Origin: Oscillospiraceae bacterium
GTDB lineage: Bacteria; Bacillota; Clostridia; Oscillospirales; Acutalibacteraceae
Direction of reading: 5' to 3'
DNA length: 64,000 bases
NCBI GenBank assembly: GCA_015065845.1
Contig: SVPQ01000007.1
Location: 3,805-67,804, forward strand
In this document: positions 1-8,226 of the stretch, one piece after another
Position numbering within the stretch: position 1 is the stretch's first letter
Layout of the letters: each line of letters starts with the position of its first letter
The notes under the pieces: model-generated
What the model saw: only the letters and a program-made list of their open reading frames with translations
The model's database searches: none
What the model was told of the DNA's origin: nothing
Position numbers and translations under genes: made by a program

Positions 1-251
1 TTTCTGTAAATGAAAAGACAAGAAAAACCAACCATATCGTCAGTTACCTTGATAGAATAACTGTTTATGGAAGAATATTGAAAGACGATATCTCAATAGT
101 TGATTATCTTGAAGTATTTACTTTGGCTCAAATAACAGAATTTATAAATTTAGCGTCAGAAAATAATTGCACTAATGTGGTTGCTGCGTTACTTAATTAC
201 AAAAAAGAGCAATATTCTGATTTTGACCCAATGGCAGAGTTTGTATTATAA
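1..251 (+). CDS. 3-prime end of a CDS truncated by the window edge; helical module related to the central spacer of the downstream LRR paralogs
   Basis: Frame 3 is open from base 3 to TAA at 249-251 (...LASENNCTNVVAALLNYKKEQYSDFDPMAEFVL*). It resembles the AFLLDYKNKNY helix block of the LRR genes. The next gene starts 12 nt downstream. Confidence 0.5.
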   Translation, partial: SVNEKTRKTNHIVSYLDRITVYGRILKDDISIVDYLEVFTLAQITEFINLASENNCTNVVAALLNYKKEQYSDFDPMAEFVL

Positions 252-263
252 GGAGAATAAAAA

Positions 264-1766
264 ATGAGCGATGTTAAAGATTTTGTAATTGAAAATGGAG
301 TGCTGAAAAAATACATAGGTATTGATGCAGAAGTTGTTATCCCAGAGGGTGTAACGAGTATTGGTATTTGGGCTTTTGAAGGTTGTGTAAACCTCACAAC
401 AATCACTATCCCCGATAGTGTGACAAGTATTGATGATAATGCTTTTAGAGACTGCACAAACCTTACAGCAATCGCTATTCCAGATAGCGTTTTAAAAATT
501 GGTTGGTGGGCTTTTTATGGTTGTAATAGTCTTACAACTATAAATATCCCAAATAGTGTAACAAGTATTAGCAAACAGGTTTTTTGTGGTTGTAGTAAAC
601 TTACAACTATCACTATTCCTAAAAGTGTAACAAGTATTGGCAATTTGGCTTTTGAGAATTGCACAGGACTTACAACAATAGATATCCCAGAAAGTGTAAC
701 AAGTATTGGCAATTTGGCTTTTGAAAATTGCACAGGACTTACAACAATAGATATCCCAGAAGGTGTAACGAGTATTGGTGATAAGGCTTTCAGTGGTTGT
801 AGTAATCTTGCCACTATCATTGTTCCCAAATCTGTAAAAAAAGTCAGCACTGGGTGTTTTTCTGAAAAAACAAAAGTGTTTTTAGAATCTCCTACAATGT
901 TAGAAAATACTATCCTACAAAATCATCCTATTCTAGCAATAGTTGCACCACATATTAAGTTAACTGATTACAAAGATAGTATCCACAAATTTTCATTGAC
1001 GCTGGGCTATTTAGTTTCCCCGGATTTGTATTCAGACCAGGAGATTGCATCTGAATACAAAAAATATGCAAAAAAAGAGTTTGTAAAAATAATTGATTTT
1101 GTTGTAAAAAATGATTTACCTGAAGCAATTGAAACTTACATAACACTTGGTAAAATTACTTCTGCGAATGCAGAAAGTTATATTTTAAGCCTTGCAGAAC
1201 AGAACAATGCAACGGAATGTATAAATCACTTGAAAACTTGGATTTCAAGTAATTCACAATCTGAAAATAGCGAAGATTCTACAACAGAAAGTAAAATGCT
1301 TTCTGTAGCAGAAGTTAAAAAAATGTTTGGTTATTATGAAAAAGAAGATAGTACACTTTGCATTTATTCATATAAGTTACCATTAAGAGTTGTGGATTTC
1401 CCATCAATTATTGGTAAAAAAATAGTTTCTGAAATTGGTTGCAGTAAAAGTGGTAAAAATTTTGACTGGGGAAAAACAAAGATAAAAAGCGTAATGATTC
1501 CAGACAGTGTAACAAGTATAGGTAATTATGCATTCTGGTTGTGTAAAAACCTCACTACAATCACAATACCAGACAGTGTGACAAGTATTGGTGATTATGC
1601 TTTCGGATGTTGCGAAAATCTTACAACAATTACCATCCCAAACGGTGTTACGAGTATTGGTGATGAAGCTTTTTACAATTGCGAAAAACTAACTATTCAC
1701 GCCCCTAAGGGTAGTTATGCTGAGCAGTATGCAAAAGAAAATAAAATAAACTTTGTGGCAGAATAA
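264..1766 (+). CDS. BspA-type leucine-rich repeat (LRR_5-like) protein, paralog 1, no signal peptide
   Basis: AAGGAG RBS. N-cap [17 protein letters not shown]. About 23-aa repeats IPxSVTSIGxxAFxxCxxLTxI, then a non-repeat helical middle and a second LRR block. C-cap HAPKGSYAEQYAKENKINFVAE. Confidence 0.9.
   Translation: MSDVKDFVIENGVLKKYIGIDAEVVIPEGVTSIGIWAFEGCVNLTTITIPDSVTSIDDNAFRDCTNLTAIAIPDSVLKIGWWAFYGCNSLTTINIPNSVTSISKQVFCGCSKLTTITIPKSVTSIGNLAFENCTGLTTIDIPESVTSIGNLAFENCTGLTTIDIPEGVTSIGDKAFSGCSNLATIIVPKSVKKVSTGCFSEKTKVFLESPTMLENTILQNHPILAIVAPHIKLTDYKDSIHKFSLTLGYLVSPDLYSDQEIASEYKKYAKKEFVKIIDFVVKNDLPEAIETYITLGKITSANAESYILSLAEQNNATECINHLKTWISSNSQSENSEDSTTESKMLSVAEVKKMFGYYEKEDSTLCIYSYKLPLRVVDFPSIIGKKIVSEIGCSKSGKNFDWGKTKIKSVMIPDSVTSIGNYAFWLCKNLTTITIPDSVTSIGDYAFGCCENLTTITIPNGVTSIGDEAFYNCEKLTIHAPKGSYAEQYAKENKINFVAE
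624..761 (+). repeat. 69-bp tandem duplication (2 units, 1 mismatch) inside LRR paralog 1
   Basis: Units 624-692 and 693-761 both encode SVTSIGNLAFENCTGLTTIDIPE. They differ only at gagaattgc versus gaaaattgc. Confidence 0.9.
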
Positions 1767-1778
1767 AGGAGTATTATT

Positions 1779-3827
1779 ATGAGTGATATTAAGGATTTTG
1801 TAATTGAAGATGGTGTGCTTGAAGAGTACACAGGTAACGATGCAGAGGTTGTCATTCCAGAGGGTGTAACAAGCATAGGTGATAGTGCGTTTTCTGGATG
1901 TACAAACCTTACCGCAATTACCATCCCAGACAGTGTAACAAGCATAGGTAATTATGCGTTTGGAGAATGTACAAACCTTACCACAATCACAATACCAGAC
2001 AGTGTGACAAGTATAGGTGGAAATGCGTTCTGGGGTTGTAAAGGGCTTGCAGATAAAAAAGGTTTTGTAATTATAAACGGAACTTTATATTATTACTGCG
2101 GTTTCGAAAAAAATGTGGTTATACCTGAGGGTGTAACAAGTATAGGTGGTGCATTTGAGTATTGTGAAAATATTGAATCAATCACAATTCCTAACAGTGT
2201 GACAAGTATAGGTGATAGTGCGTTTAAATATTGTACAAATCTCACTACAATCACCATCCCAGAAAGTGTGACAAGTATAGGTCATGGTGCATTTTCTGGA
2301 TGTACAAACCTCACCGCAATTACCATCCCGGACAGTGTAACAAGCATAGATGCTTGGGCGTTTTCTGGATGTGAAAAACTCACCACAATCACAATACCAG
2401 ACAGTGTTACAAGCATAGATGCTTGGGCGTTTGGAGAATGTACAAACCTCACCACAATCACAATACCAGACAGTGTGACAAGTATAGGTGATAAAGTGCT
2501 TGGTGGTTGTAATAAATTGAACGTTATTAATCTTCCACAAAATATAACATCATTTAAAGGCTCTTCGCTTGAAGTAATATGGGATGCTTTATCAAAAACA
2601 GAATCGAAAGAAGTTGTTTTAAAATCATTTATCACTCAGTTACCGATTGATGTACTTAATGATGCAGATTTAAGCAAAAAAATAAAAGCAAATAAAAAAC
2701 TAATTATTGATTGTATAATAAAAAATGACGAAGCAGACGCTTTAGAAAAATTTTTCAGCTTATATAAAACAATTAAGCTTGATGAGCTTAATGAATACAT
2801 AGAAAAAGCGGAAGATTCAGTAAGTGTTTTAGCATTCCTTTTAGATTATAAAAATAAAAATTATACAATCGAAAAACAAGAAAAACACGAAAATGATAAG
2901 CTTGATAAAGAACTTGGGCTTAAAGAACTTACGCTTGCTGAATGGAAAAAGATTTACACATTTGATGTGAATGGTGATGAAGCAACTGTTACAGGATACA
3001 AAGGATTAGATTTAAATGTAATTATTCCTTCAAATATTGATAAGTATAAAGTTGTAGCAATTGCAGACTATGCTTTTAGTACAGAGGCAAGAGGTGTAAG
3101 AAAAGACATAAAAGAAATAAGAAGAAAAATAGAGTCTATTGTTATACCGGAAAGTGTAGTACGTATAGGTAATTATGCGTTTTCTGGATGTGAAAACCTC
3201 ACTACAATTACCATCCCAGACAGCGTGAGAAAAATAGGTGAATATTCGTTTTCTAAATGTACGAACCTCACCTCAATCACCATCCCAGACAGTGTAACAA
3301 GTATAGGTGCTTGGGCGTTTTATAAATGTACAAACCTCACCACAATTACAATACCAGACAGTGTGACAAGCATAGGTAATTATGCGTTTTATAAATGTAC
3401 AAACCTCACCACAATTACAATACCTAACAGTGTTACAAGCATAGGTAATTATGCGTTTGAAGAATGTACAAACCTCACCTCAATCACCATCCCAGACAGT
3501 GTAACAAGTATAGGTGGTGGCGCATTTTCTGGATGTAAAAACCTCACTACAATCACAATCTCAGACAGTGTGACAAGTATAGGTTTTAGAGCATTTTATG
3601 GTTGTAGAATTCTTGCATCTATTACAATTCCTGACGGTGTTACAAGTATAGGTGCTGGGGCGTTTTCTGGATGTGCAAACCTCACTACAATCACAATCCC
3701 AGACAGTGTTACGAGTATTGGTGAGGGTACTTTTTACAATTGCGAAAAACTAACTATCCACGCACCTAAGGGTAGTTATGCTGAGCAGTATGCAAAAGAA
3801 AATGAAATAAATTTCATAGCAGAATAA
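1779..3827 (+). CDS. BspA-type LRR protein, paralog 2 (LRR block, about 230-aa helical spacer, LRR block)
   Basis: Conserved junction taaaggagtattattATGagtgatatt. Caps MSDIKDFVIEDGVLEEY and HAPKGSYAEQYAKENEINFIAE. More than 15 repeats of 23 aa. No signal peptide. Confidence 0.9.
   Translation: MSDIKDFVIEDGVLEEYTGNDAEVVIPEGVTSIGDSAFSGCTNLTAITIPDSVTSIGNYAFGECTNLTTITIPDSVTSIGGNAFWGCKGLADKKGFVIINGTLYYYCGFEKNVVIPEGVTSIGGAFEYCENIESITIPNSVTSIGDSAFKYCTNLTTITIPESVTSIGHGAFSGCTNLTAITIPDSVTSIDAWAFSGCEKLTTITIPDSVTSIDAWAFGECTNLTTITIPDSVTSIGDKVLGGCNKLNVINLPQNITSFKGSSLEVIWDALSKTESKEVVLKSFITQLPIDVLNDADLSKKIKANKKLIIDCIIKNDEADALEKFFSLYKTIKLDELNEYIEKAEDSVSVLAFLLDYKNKNYTIEKQEKHENDKLDKELGLKELTLAEWKKIYTFDVNGDEATVTGYKGLDLNVIIPSNIDKYKVVAIADYAFSTEARGVRKDIKEIRRKIESIVIPESVVRIGNYAFSGCENLTTITIPDSVRKIGEYSFSKCTNLTSITIPDSVTSIGAWAFYKCTNLTTITIPDSVTSIGNYAFYKCTNLTTITIPNSVTSIGNYAFEECTNLTSITIPDSVTSIGGGAFSGCKNLTTITISDSVTSIGFRAFYGCRILASITIPDGVTSIGAGAFSGCANLTTITIPDSVTSIGEGTFYNCEKLTIHAPKGSYAEQYAKENEINFIAE
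2496..3190 (+). repeat. About 700-bp spacer module, copy 1 of 3 (near-identical copies in paralogs 2, 5 and 7)
   Basis: Runs from gtgcttggtggttgtaataaattgaa to gtagtacgtataggtaattatgcgttttctggatgt. It aligns by eye, with long identical runs, to 9244-9948 and 14044-14739. Confidence 0.85.
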
Positions 3828-3839
3828 AGGCGTATTATT

Positions 3840-4115
3840 ATGAGTGATATTAAATATTTTGTAATTGAAAATGGTGTGCTTAAAAAGTACAAAGGTAACG
3901 ATGCAGAAGTTGTTATTCCAGAGGGTGTAACAAGTATAGGTTATGGTGCGTTTTATAGTTGTGAAAACCTCACCACAATCACAATCCCAGACAGTGTGAC
4001 AAGTATAGGTGAAAGTGCGTTTTCTTATTGTAAAAACCTCACCATCCACGCCCATGCAGGAAGCTACGCAGAAAAATATGCAAAGAAAAATAAAATAAAA
4101 TTTGTGGCAGAATAA
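3840..4115 (+). CDS. Minimal BspA-type LRR protein (N-cap, about two repeats, C-cap; 91 aa)
   Basis: Same junction/RBS and the same caps ([17 protein letters not shown] ... [22 protein letters not shown]). Lies 20 nt upstream of the vWA gene. Confidence 0.8.
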   Translation: MSDIKYFVIENGVLKKYKGNDAEVVIPEGVTSIGYGAFYSCENLTTITIPDSVTSIGESAFSYCKNLTIHAHAGSYAEKYAKKNKIKFVAE

Positions 4116-4135
4116 AAAGAAAGAAATTTTAATTT

Positions 4136-5581
4136 ATGGATAATGAAAAATACGAAAAACTTAATAAGTTAGCAAAAGATGTACTTAATCTTTCAAGAAA
4201 TACGCTTCTTGTGAATTTAAGGTTTCTCGATATGGCTTTAAGTAGATTTCAGTACTTTAATTGTTCGGAGTCAACCTATTTTACAAACGGTGAATTTTTG
4301 TTGTATAACCCTGAGCATGTTTTAAAAAGCTACAAGCAGGAAAAAGAAGCTCCGGCAAGAGATTTTTTGCATATTGTTATGCATTGTATTTTTAGACACA
4401 TGTTTATGAATCCTAAACTTAACAGACCGTTGTGGGATTTAGCGTGTGATGTAGCTGTTGAAAACGTTATAAATGACCTTTGTTTAAAACAGGTAGATAC
4501 TGCGAGAGCGATAATACAACAGAAAGAAATTGCGAAGATTAAAGCTAATGTTAAAATTCTCACAGCCGAAAAAATATATAATTATCTTGTTGATAATTTA
4601 AGCGAGAGAGAAGCGGCAGAGCTTCGCGGATGCTTTTATGCCGATAACCACGAGGTGTGGTATATGACCGAAAGCGAAATTGCCGAAAAGTACAACCTCG
4701 TAGCAGTTGCGGATGGCAGCAAGCCTGATAACCCGCAAAGAGATAATAAAAGTGCAAGCGGTAGCGGTAACAAAGATGGCGACGAGCAGAGCAACAATGG
4801 TGATAGTGAAAACGATGGTCAGTCTGGTAATGGCAGTAGTAAAAGAAATGAGCTTAACCAGATGTGGCAAGAAATTTCTGAAAGAATGCAGACAGACCTT
4901 GAAACCTTCTCGAAAGAACAAGGCGACAAAGCCGGTGGTCTTGTGCAGAATCTTAAGGCGGTAAATCGTGAGAAATATGACTACACCGCATTTTTAAAGA
5001 AATTTGCAGTTTTAGGCGAAACAATGAAGGTAAATGACGATGAATTTGATTACATCTTTTACACCTATGGCTTGAAACTGTACGACAAAATGCCACTTGT
5101 TGAACCGCTTGAGTATAAAGAAGTAAAAAGAATTAAAGAATTTGTTATTGCTATTGATACATCCGGTTCTGTGCAAGGTGATTTAGTACAGAGCTTTGTG
5201 CAGAAAACCTATAATGTTTTGAAAAGTACAGAAAGTTTTTTCAGCAAAATAAATTTACATATTATTCAATGTGATGCCGATATTCAGGAGCATGTAAAAA
5301 TTACAACGCAAGAAGAATTTGATGATTACTTGAAAAATATGTCAATAAAAGGTCTTGGTGGAACAGATTTCAGACCTGTATTTAATACAGTCAATAAACT
5401 CATTATGGAAAAAGAGTTTACAAACCTTAAAGGGCTTATTTACTTTACTGACGGATATGGCGAGTTTCCGAAACAAAAACCTGACTACGATACTGCATTT
5501 GTTTTTATTGATGATGAGTACAACAATCCGGACGTACCACCATGGGCAATAAAATTAGTTTTACAGAAGGATGAGATATAA
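4136..5581 (+). CDS. vWA-domain protein with an N-terminal degenerate metallopeptidase-like domain (DUF2201_N/DUF2201-like architecture)
   Basis: C-terminal MIDAS-like motifs IAIDTSGSV (DxSxS), GGTDF and YFTDGYG. N-terminal FLHIVMHCIFRH looks like HExxH with the Glu lost. An acidic/Ser/Gly/Asn-rich linker (SGSGNKDGDEQSNNGDSENDGQSGNGSS) joins the two halves. Confidence 0.8.
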   Translation: MDNEKYEKLNKLAKDVLNLSRNTLLVNLRFLDMALSRFQYFNCSESTYFTNGEFLLYNPEHVLKSYKQEKEAPARDFLHIVMHCIFRHMFMNPKLNRPLWDLACDVAVENVINDLCLKQVDTARAIIQQKEIAKIKANVKILTAEKIYNYLVDNLSEREAAELRGCFYADNHEVWYMTESEIAEKYNLVAVADGSKPDNPQRDNKSASGSGNKDGDEQSNNGDSENDGQSGNGSSKRNELNQMWQEISERMQTDLETFSKEQGDKAGGLVQNLKAVNREKYDYTAFLKKFAVLGETMKVNDDEFDYIFYTYGLKLYDKMPLVEPLEYKEVKRIKEFVIAIDTSGSVQGDLVQSFVQKTYNVLKSTESFFSKINLHIIQCDADIQEHVKITTQEEFDDYLKNMSIKGLGGTDFRPVFNTVNKLIMEKEFTNLKGLIYFTDGYGEFPKQKPDYDTAFVFIDDEYNNPDVPPWAIKLVLQKDEI

Positions 5582-5587
5582 ATTACT

Positions 5588-6676
5588 GTGAGCGATAAAG
5601 ATTTAGTAATTATAAATAATAAGGTTATGTGCTACAGGGGAAATGATGAAAATATCGTTGTCCCGCAGGGTGTAACCTGTATTAGTGAAGATGCGTTTTA
5701 TAACTGTGTAAGTATTAAATCAATTACTTTGCCTGAAACTGTTACAGAAATTAAAGTTCTCGCCTTTTGTGGTTGTAAAAATCTTAAAGGAATAAATCTT
5801 CCAGATAAAATTACAACAATAAATTACAGTACCTTTAATGCTTGCTACAGTTTAGAAAAAGTAGTGCTTCCATACGATTTAAGGTTGATATGTTTAAATG
5901 CATTTTGTGATTGTAAAAAATTAAAACATATAATTTTACCGGAAAATATTACAAGTTTTAAATTCAGTTCATTAAAAGTGATATGGGACTATTTCACCGG
6001 AACAGAACATGCAGTAGCAATTAAATGTTCATTTCTGAAGCAGTATTTCCATTTTGTAAAAGAAGAAACAGAATTAAAAAGAAAAATTAAAGTGAGCAAG
6101 AAAAATATAGTAAAATTTGCTATTGAACTTGATGATGCGGAAATTGTAAAAAACTTGTTTTCACTTTATAAAAAAATCCAATTAGATGAGTTGGATGCTT
6201 TTTTAAGTGAAGCGGAAAATTCAGTTTCTGTTCGTGCATTTCTTCTGGAATACAAGAATTCAAAATATTCTGTTGCAGAGCAAGAGGGTTTCTGGAACCT
6301 TGAAGCAGAAAAATCGTTGGGGTTAAAAGAAAGATGTATTTCGGATTGGAAAAAGATTTTTGGCTTTTATGTGAAAGACGGAACTGCTATAATAACTAAA
6401 TATAAGTCATTGGAAAGTGTAGTAGAAGTTCCTGAAAAAATTGGTAAATATGTAGTTACCGGAATTTCAGAAAAGGCTTTTTCGGCTTATGCACCACGAC
6501 TTACGGATAAAGAAAAAATAAGCAGAAAAAAATTAGAACACATTACATTGCCGGTAACTATAAATAAAATAGCAGAAGATGCATTTTTCGGATGTACACT
6601 ACTCACTTTTCATAGTGAAGGAAATGATTATATAGAGCAATACGCAAAGAAACATAATATTCCAATAGAAAAATAA
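5588..6676 (+). CDS. Divergent LRR protein with the same overall layout (LRR, helical spacer, short LRR), GTG start
   Basis: GTG at 5588, 6 nt after the vWA stop. SDKDLVIINNKVMCYRGNDENIVVPQGVTCISEDAFYNC parallels the paralog N-cap. The spacer motif VSVRAFLLEYKNSKYS and the tail YIEQYAKKHNIPIEK are diverged versions of the family motifs. Confidence 0.8.
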   Translation: MSDKDLVIINNKVMCYRGNDENIVVPQGVTCISEDAFYNCVSIKSITLPETVTEIKVLAFCGCKNLKGINLPDKITTINYSTFNACYSLEKVVLPYDLRLICLNAFCDCKKLKHIILPENITSFKFSSLKVIWDYFTGTEHAVAIKCSFLKQYFHFVKEETELKRKIKVSKKNIVKFAIELDDAEIVKNLFSLYKKIQLDELDAFLSEAENSVSVRAFLLEYKNSKYSVAEQEGFWNLEAEKSLGLKERCISDWKKIFGFYVKDGTAIITKYKSLESVVEVPEKIGKYVVTGISEKAFSAYAPRLTDKEKISRKKLEHITLPVTINKIAEDAFFGCTLLTFHSEGNDYIEQYAKKHNIPIEK

Positions 6677-6693
6677 ATTTCAGGGGGTTAACC

Positions 6694-8205
6694 ATGAACA
6701 TCAAAGAAGCTAAAATTGAAATACAGAATGCTATGAAGGCATATTTTACAAAGGACCAATTCGGTAATTACGTTATACCGATTGAACGCCAACGCCCCGT
6801 TTTCTTAATGGGTGCACCCGGTATCGGTAAAACTGCAATTATGGAGCAGGTAGCTGCAGAGCTTGGTGTAAGCCTTGTTTCTTACTCAATGACGCACCAC
6901 ACAAGACAGTCTGCTATAGGCCTTCCGTTTATTGAAAGAAAAAATTACGGCGGCAAAGAGTATGACGTTTCAGAATATACAATGTCAGAAATTATTGCGT
7001 CTGTGTACGATATGATTGAAAAAACAGGTAAAAAAGAGGGTATTCTTTTTCTTGATGAGGTTAACTGTGTTTCTGAAACTCTTGCACCTGCAATGCTTCA
7101 GTTTTTGCAATATAAAGTATTCGGCAGACACAGAGTGCCTGATGGCTGGATTGTTGTTACTGCGGGTAACCCACCTGAATATAACAACTCAGTCCGTGAA
7201 TTCGACATTGTTACATGGGACAGACTCAAGAGAATTGATGTTGACCCTGATTTTGATGCGTGGAAGGAATATGCCTACAAAAAAGGTGTTCATGCTTCAA
7301 TAATTACTTATCTTGATATTAAAAAAGGTGATTTCTATAAAATAGAAACCACTGTTGACGGCAAAAGCTTTGTTACTGCCCGTGGTTGGTCAGATTTATC
7401 AGATATGATTCACCTTTATGAGCAGAATGATATTAAGGTAACAGAAAAATTTGTTGCACAATATATTCAAAATAAAAAAATAGCTAAAAGCTTTGCTACA
7501 TATTACGATTTATTTAATAAATATAAATCTGATTATCAAATTGACACAATTCTTAATGGTAAAGCAGGCGACGGAATTAAAATGCGTGCTAAAAACGCTA
7601 AATTTGATGAGCGTTTTAGTTTACTTGGACTTTTACTTGATGCGGTAACTGCAGAGCTTCGCACAGTTTGTGGTAGAGAGCTTTCATTGACGGAGCTACT
7701 TAATGCATTAAAGATGGTTAAAGTTGAACTTGTAAAGCCTACAGCAGATGCAACTTCTGTTATTGAAAAACAAATTGAGAAATATGAAAAAGATATTTCT
7801 GTCGGCAAAGCTGCTTCAAGCCTTTCTGTTGAAGATGAGCTTAAATTACGCTCTACAATTTCAGTGTTAGAAGAAATTATTGGCGTAATTAAAGAAAAAG
7901 AACCTCAGGACAATACAAAAGCATTCATTTTAATTAAAGAGTGCTTCGACAAACAAAGAGATGAACTTAAAAAAGGTGCTGATTCTTCAAGTAAAAAACT
8001 CTCAAATGTGTTTAAATTCTGCGAAGAAGTCTTTGGCGAGGGTCAGGAAATTCTCATTCTCGTAACAGAGCTTACTATAAGCTACTATGGTGCTCATTTT
8101 ATAAGCCGTTATGGGTGTAAAGAATATTTCGACCATAACAAAGAGCTTCTTTTCTACGAAAGACAAAAAGAGATTATAACAGAACTTGAAAACTTAGAGT
8201 TATAA
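6694..8205 (+). CDS. MoxR-like AAA+ ATPase (AAA_5-type) with a C-terminal helical extension
   Basis: Walker A GAPGIGKT, Walker B ILFLDEVN, sensor-1-like VVTAGNPPEYN. GGGGG RBS. Sits 17 nt after the preceding LRR gene. Confidence 0.85.
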   Translation: MNIKEAKIEIQNAMKAYFTKDQFGNYVIPIERQRPVFLMGAPGIGKTAIMEQVAAELGVSLVSYSMTHHTRQSAIGLPFIERKNYGGKEYDVSEYTMSEIIASVYDMIEKTGKKEGILFLDEVNCVSETLAPAMLQFLQYKVFGRHRVPDGWIVVTAGNPPEYNNSVREFDIVTWDRLKRIDVDPDFDAWKEYAYKKGVHASIITYLDIKKGDFYKIETTVDGKSFVTARGWSDLSDMIHLYEQNDIKVTEKFVAQYIQNKKIAKSFATYYDLFNKYKSDYQIDTILNGKAGDGIKMRAKNAKFDERFSLLGLLLDAVTAELRTVCGRELSLTELLNALKMVKVELVKPTADATSVIEKQIEKYEKDISVGKAASSLSVEDELKLRSTISVLEEIIGVIKEKEPQDNTKAFILIKECFDKQRDELKKGADSSSKKLSNVFKFCEEVFGEGQEILILVTELTISYYGAHFISRYGCKEYFDHNKELLFYERQKEIITELENLEL

Positions 8206-8226
8206 AATATTAAAAGGAGTATTATA

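Noticed and set aside
4330-4964. Overlapping ORFs inside the vWA gene (4330-4563 -, 4560-4757 -, 4598-4921 -, 4707-4964 +)
   Set aside because: They are nested within a gene that has clear domain motifs. They coincide with its low-complexity linker, where all frames stay open. No RBS is present.
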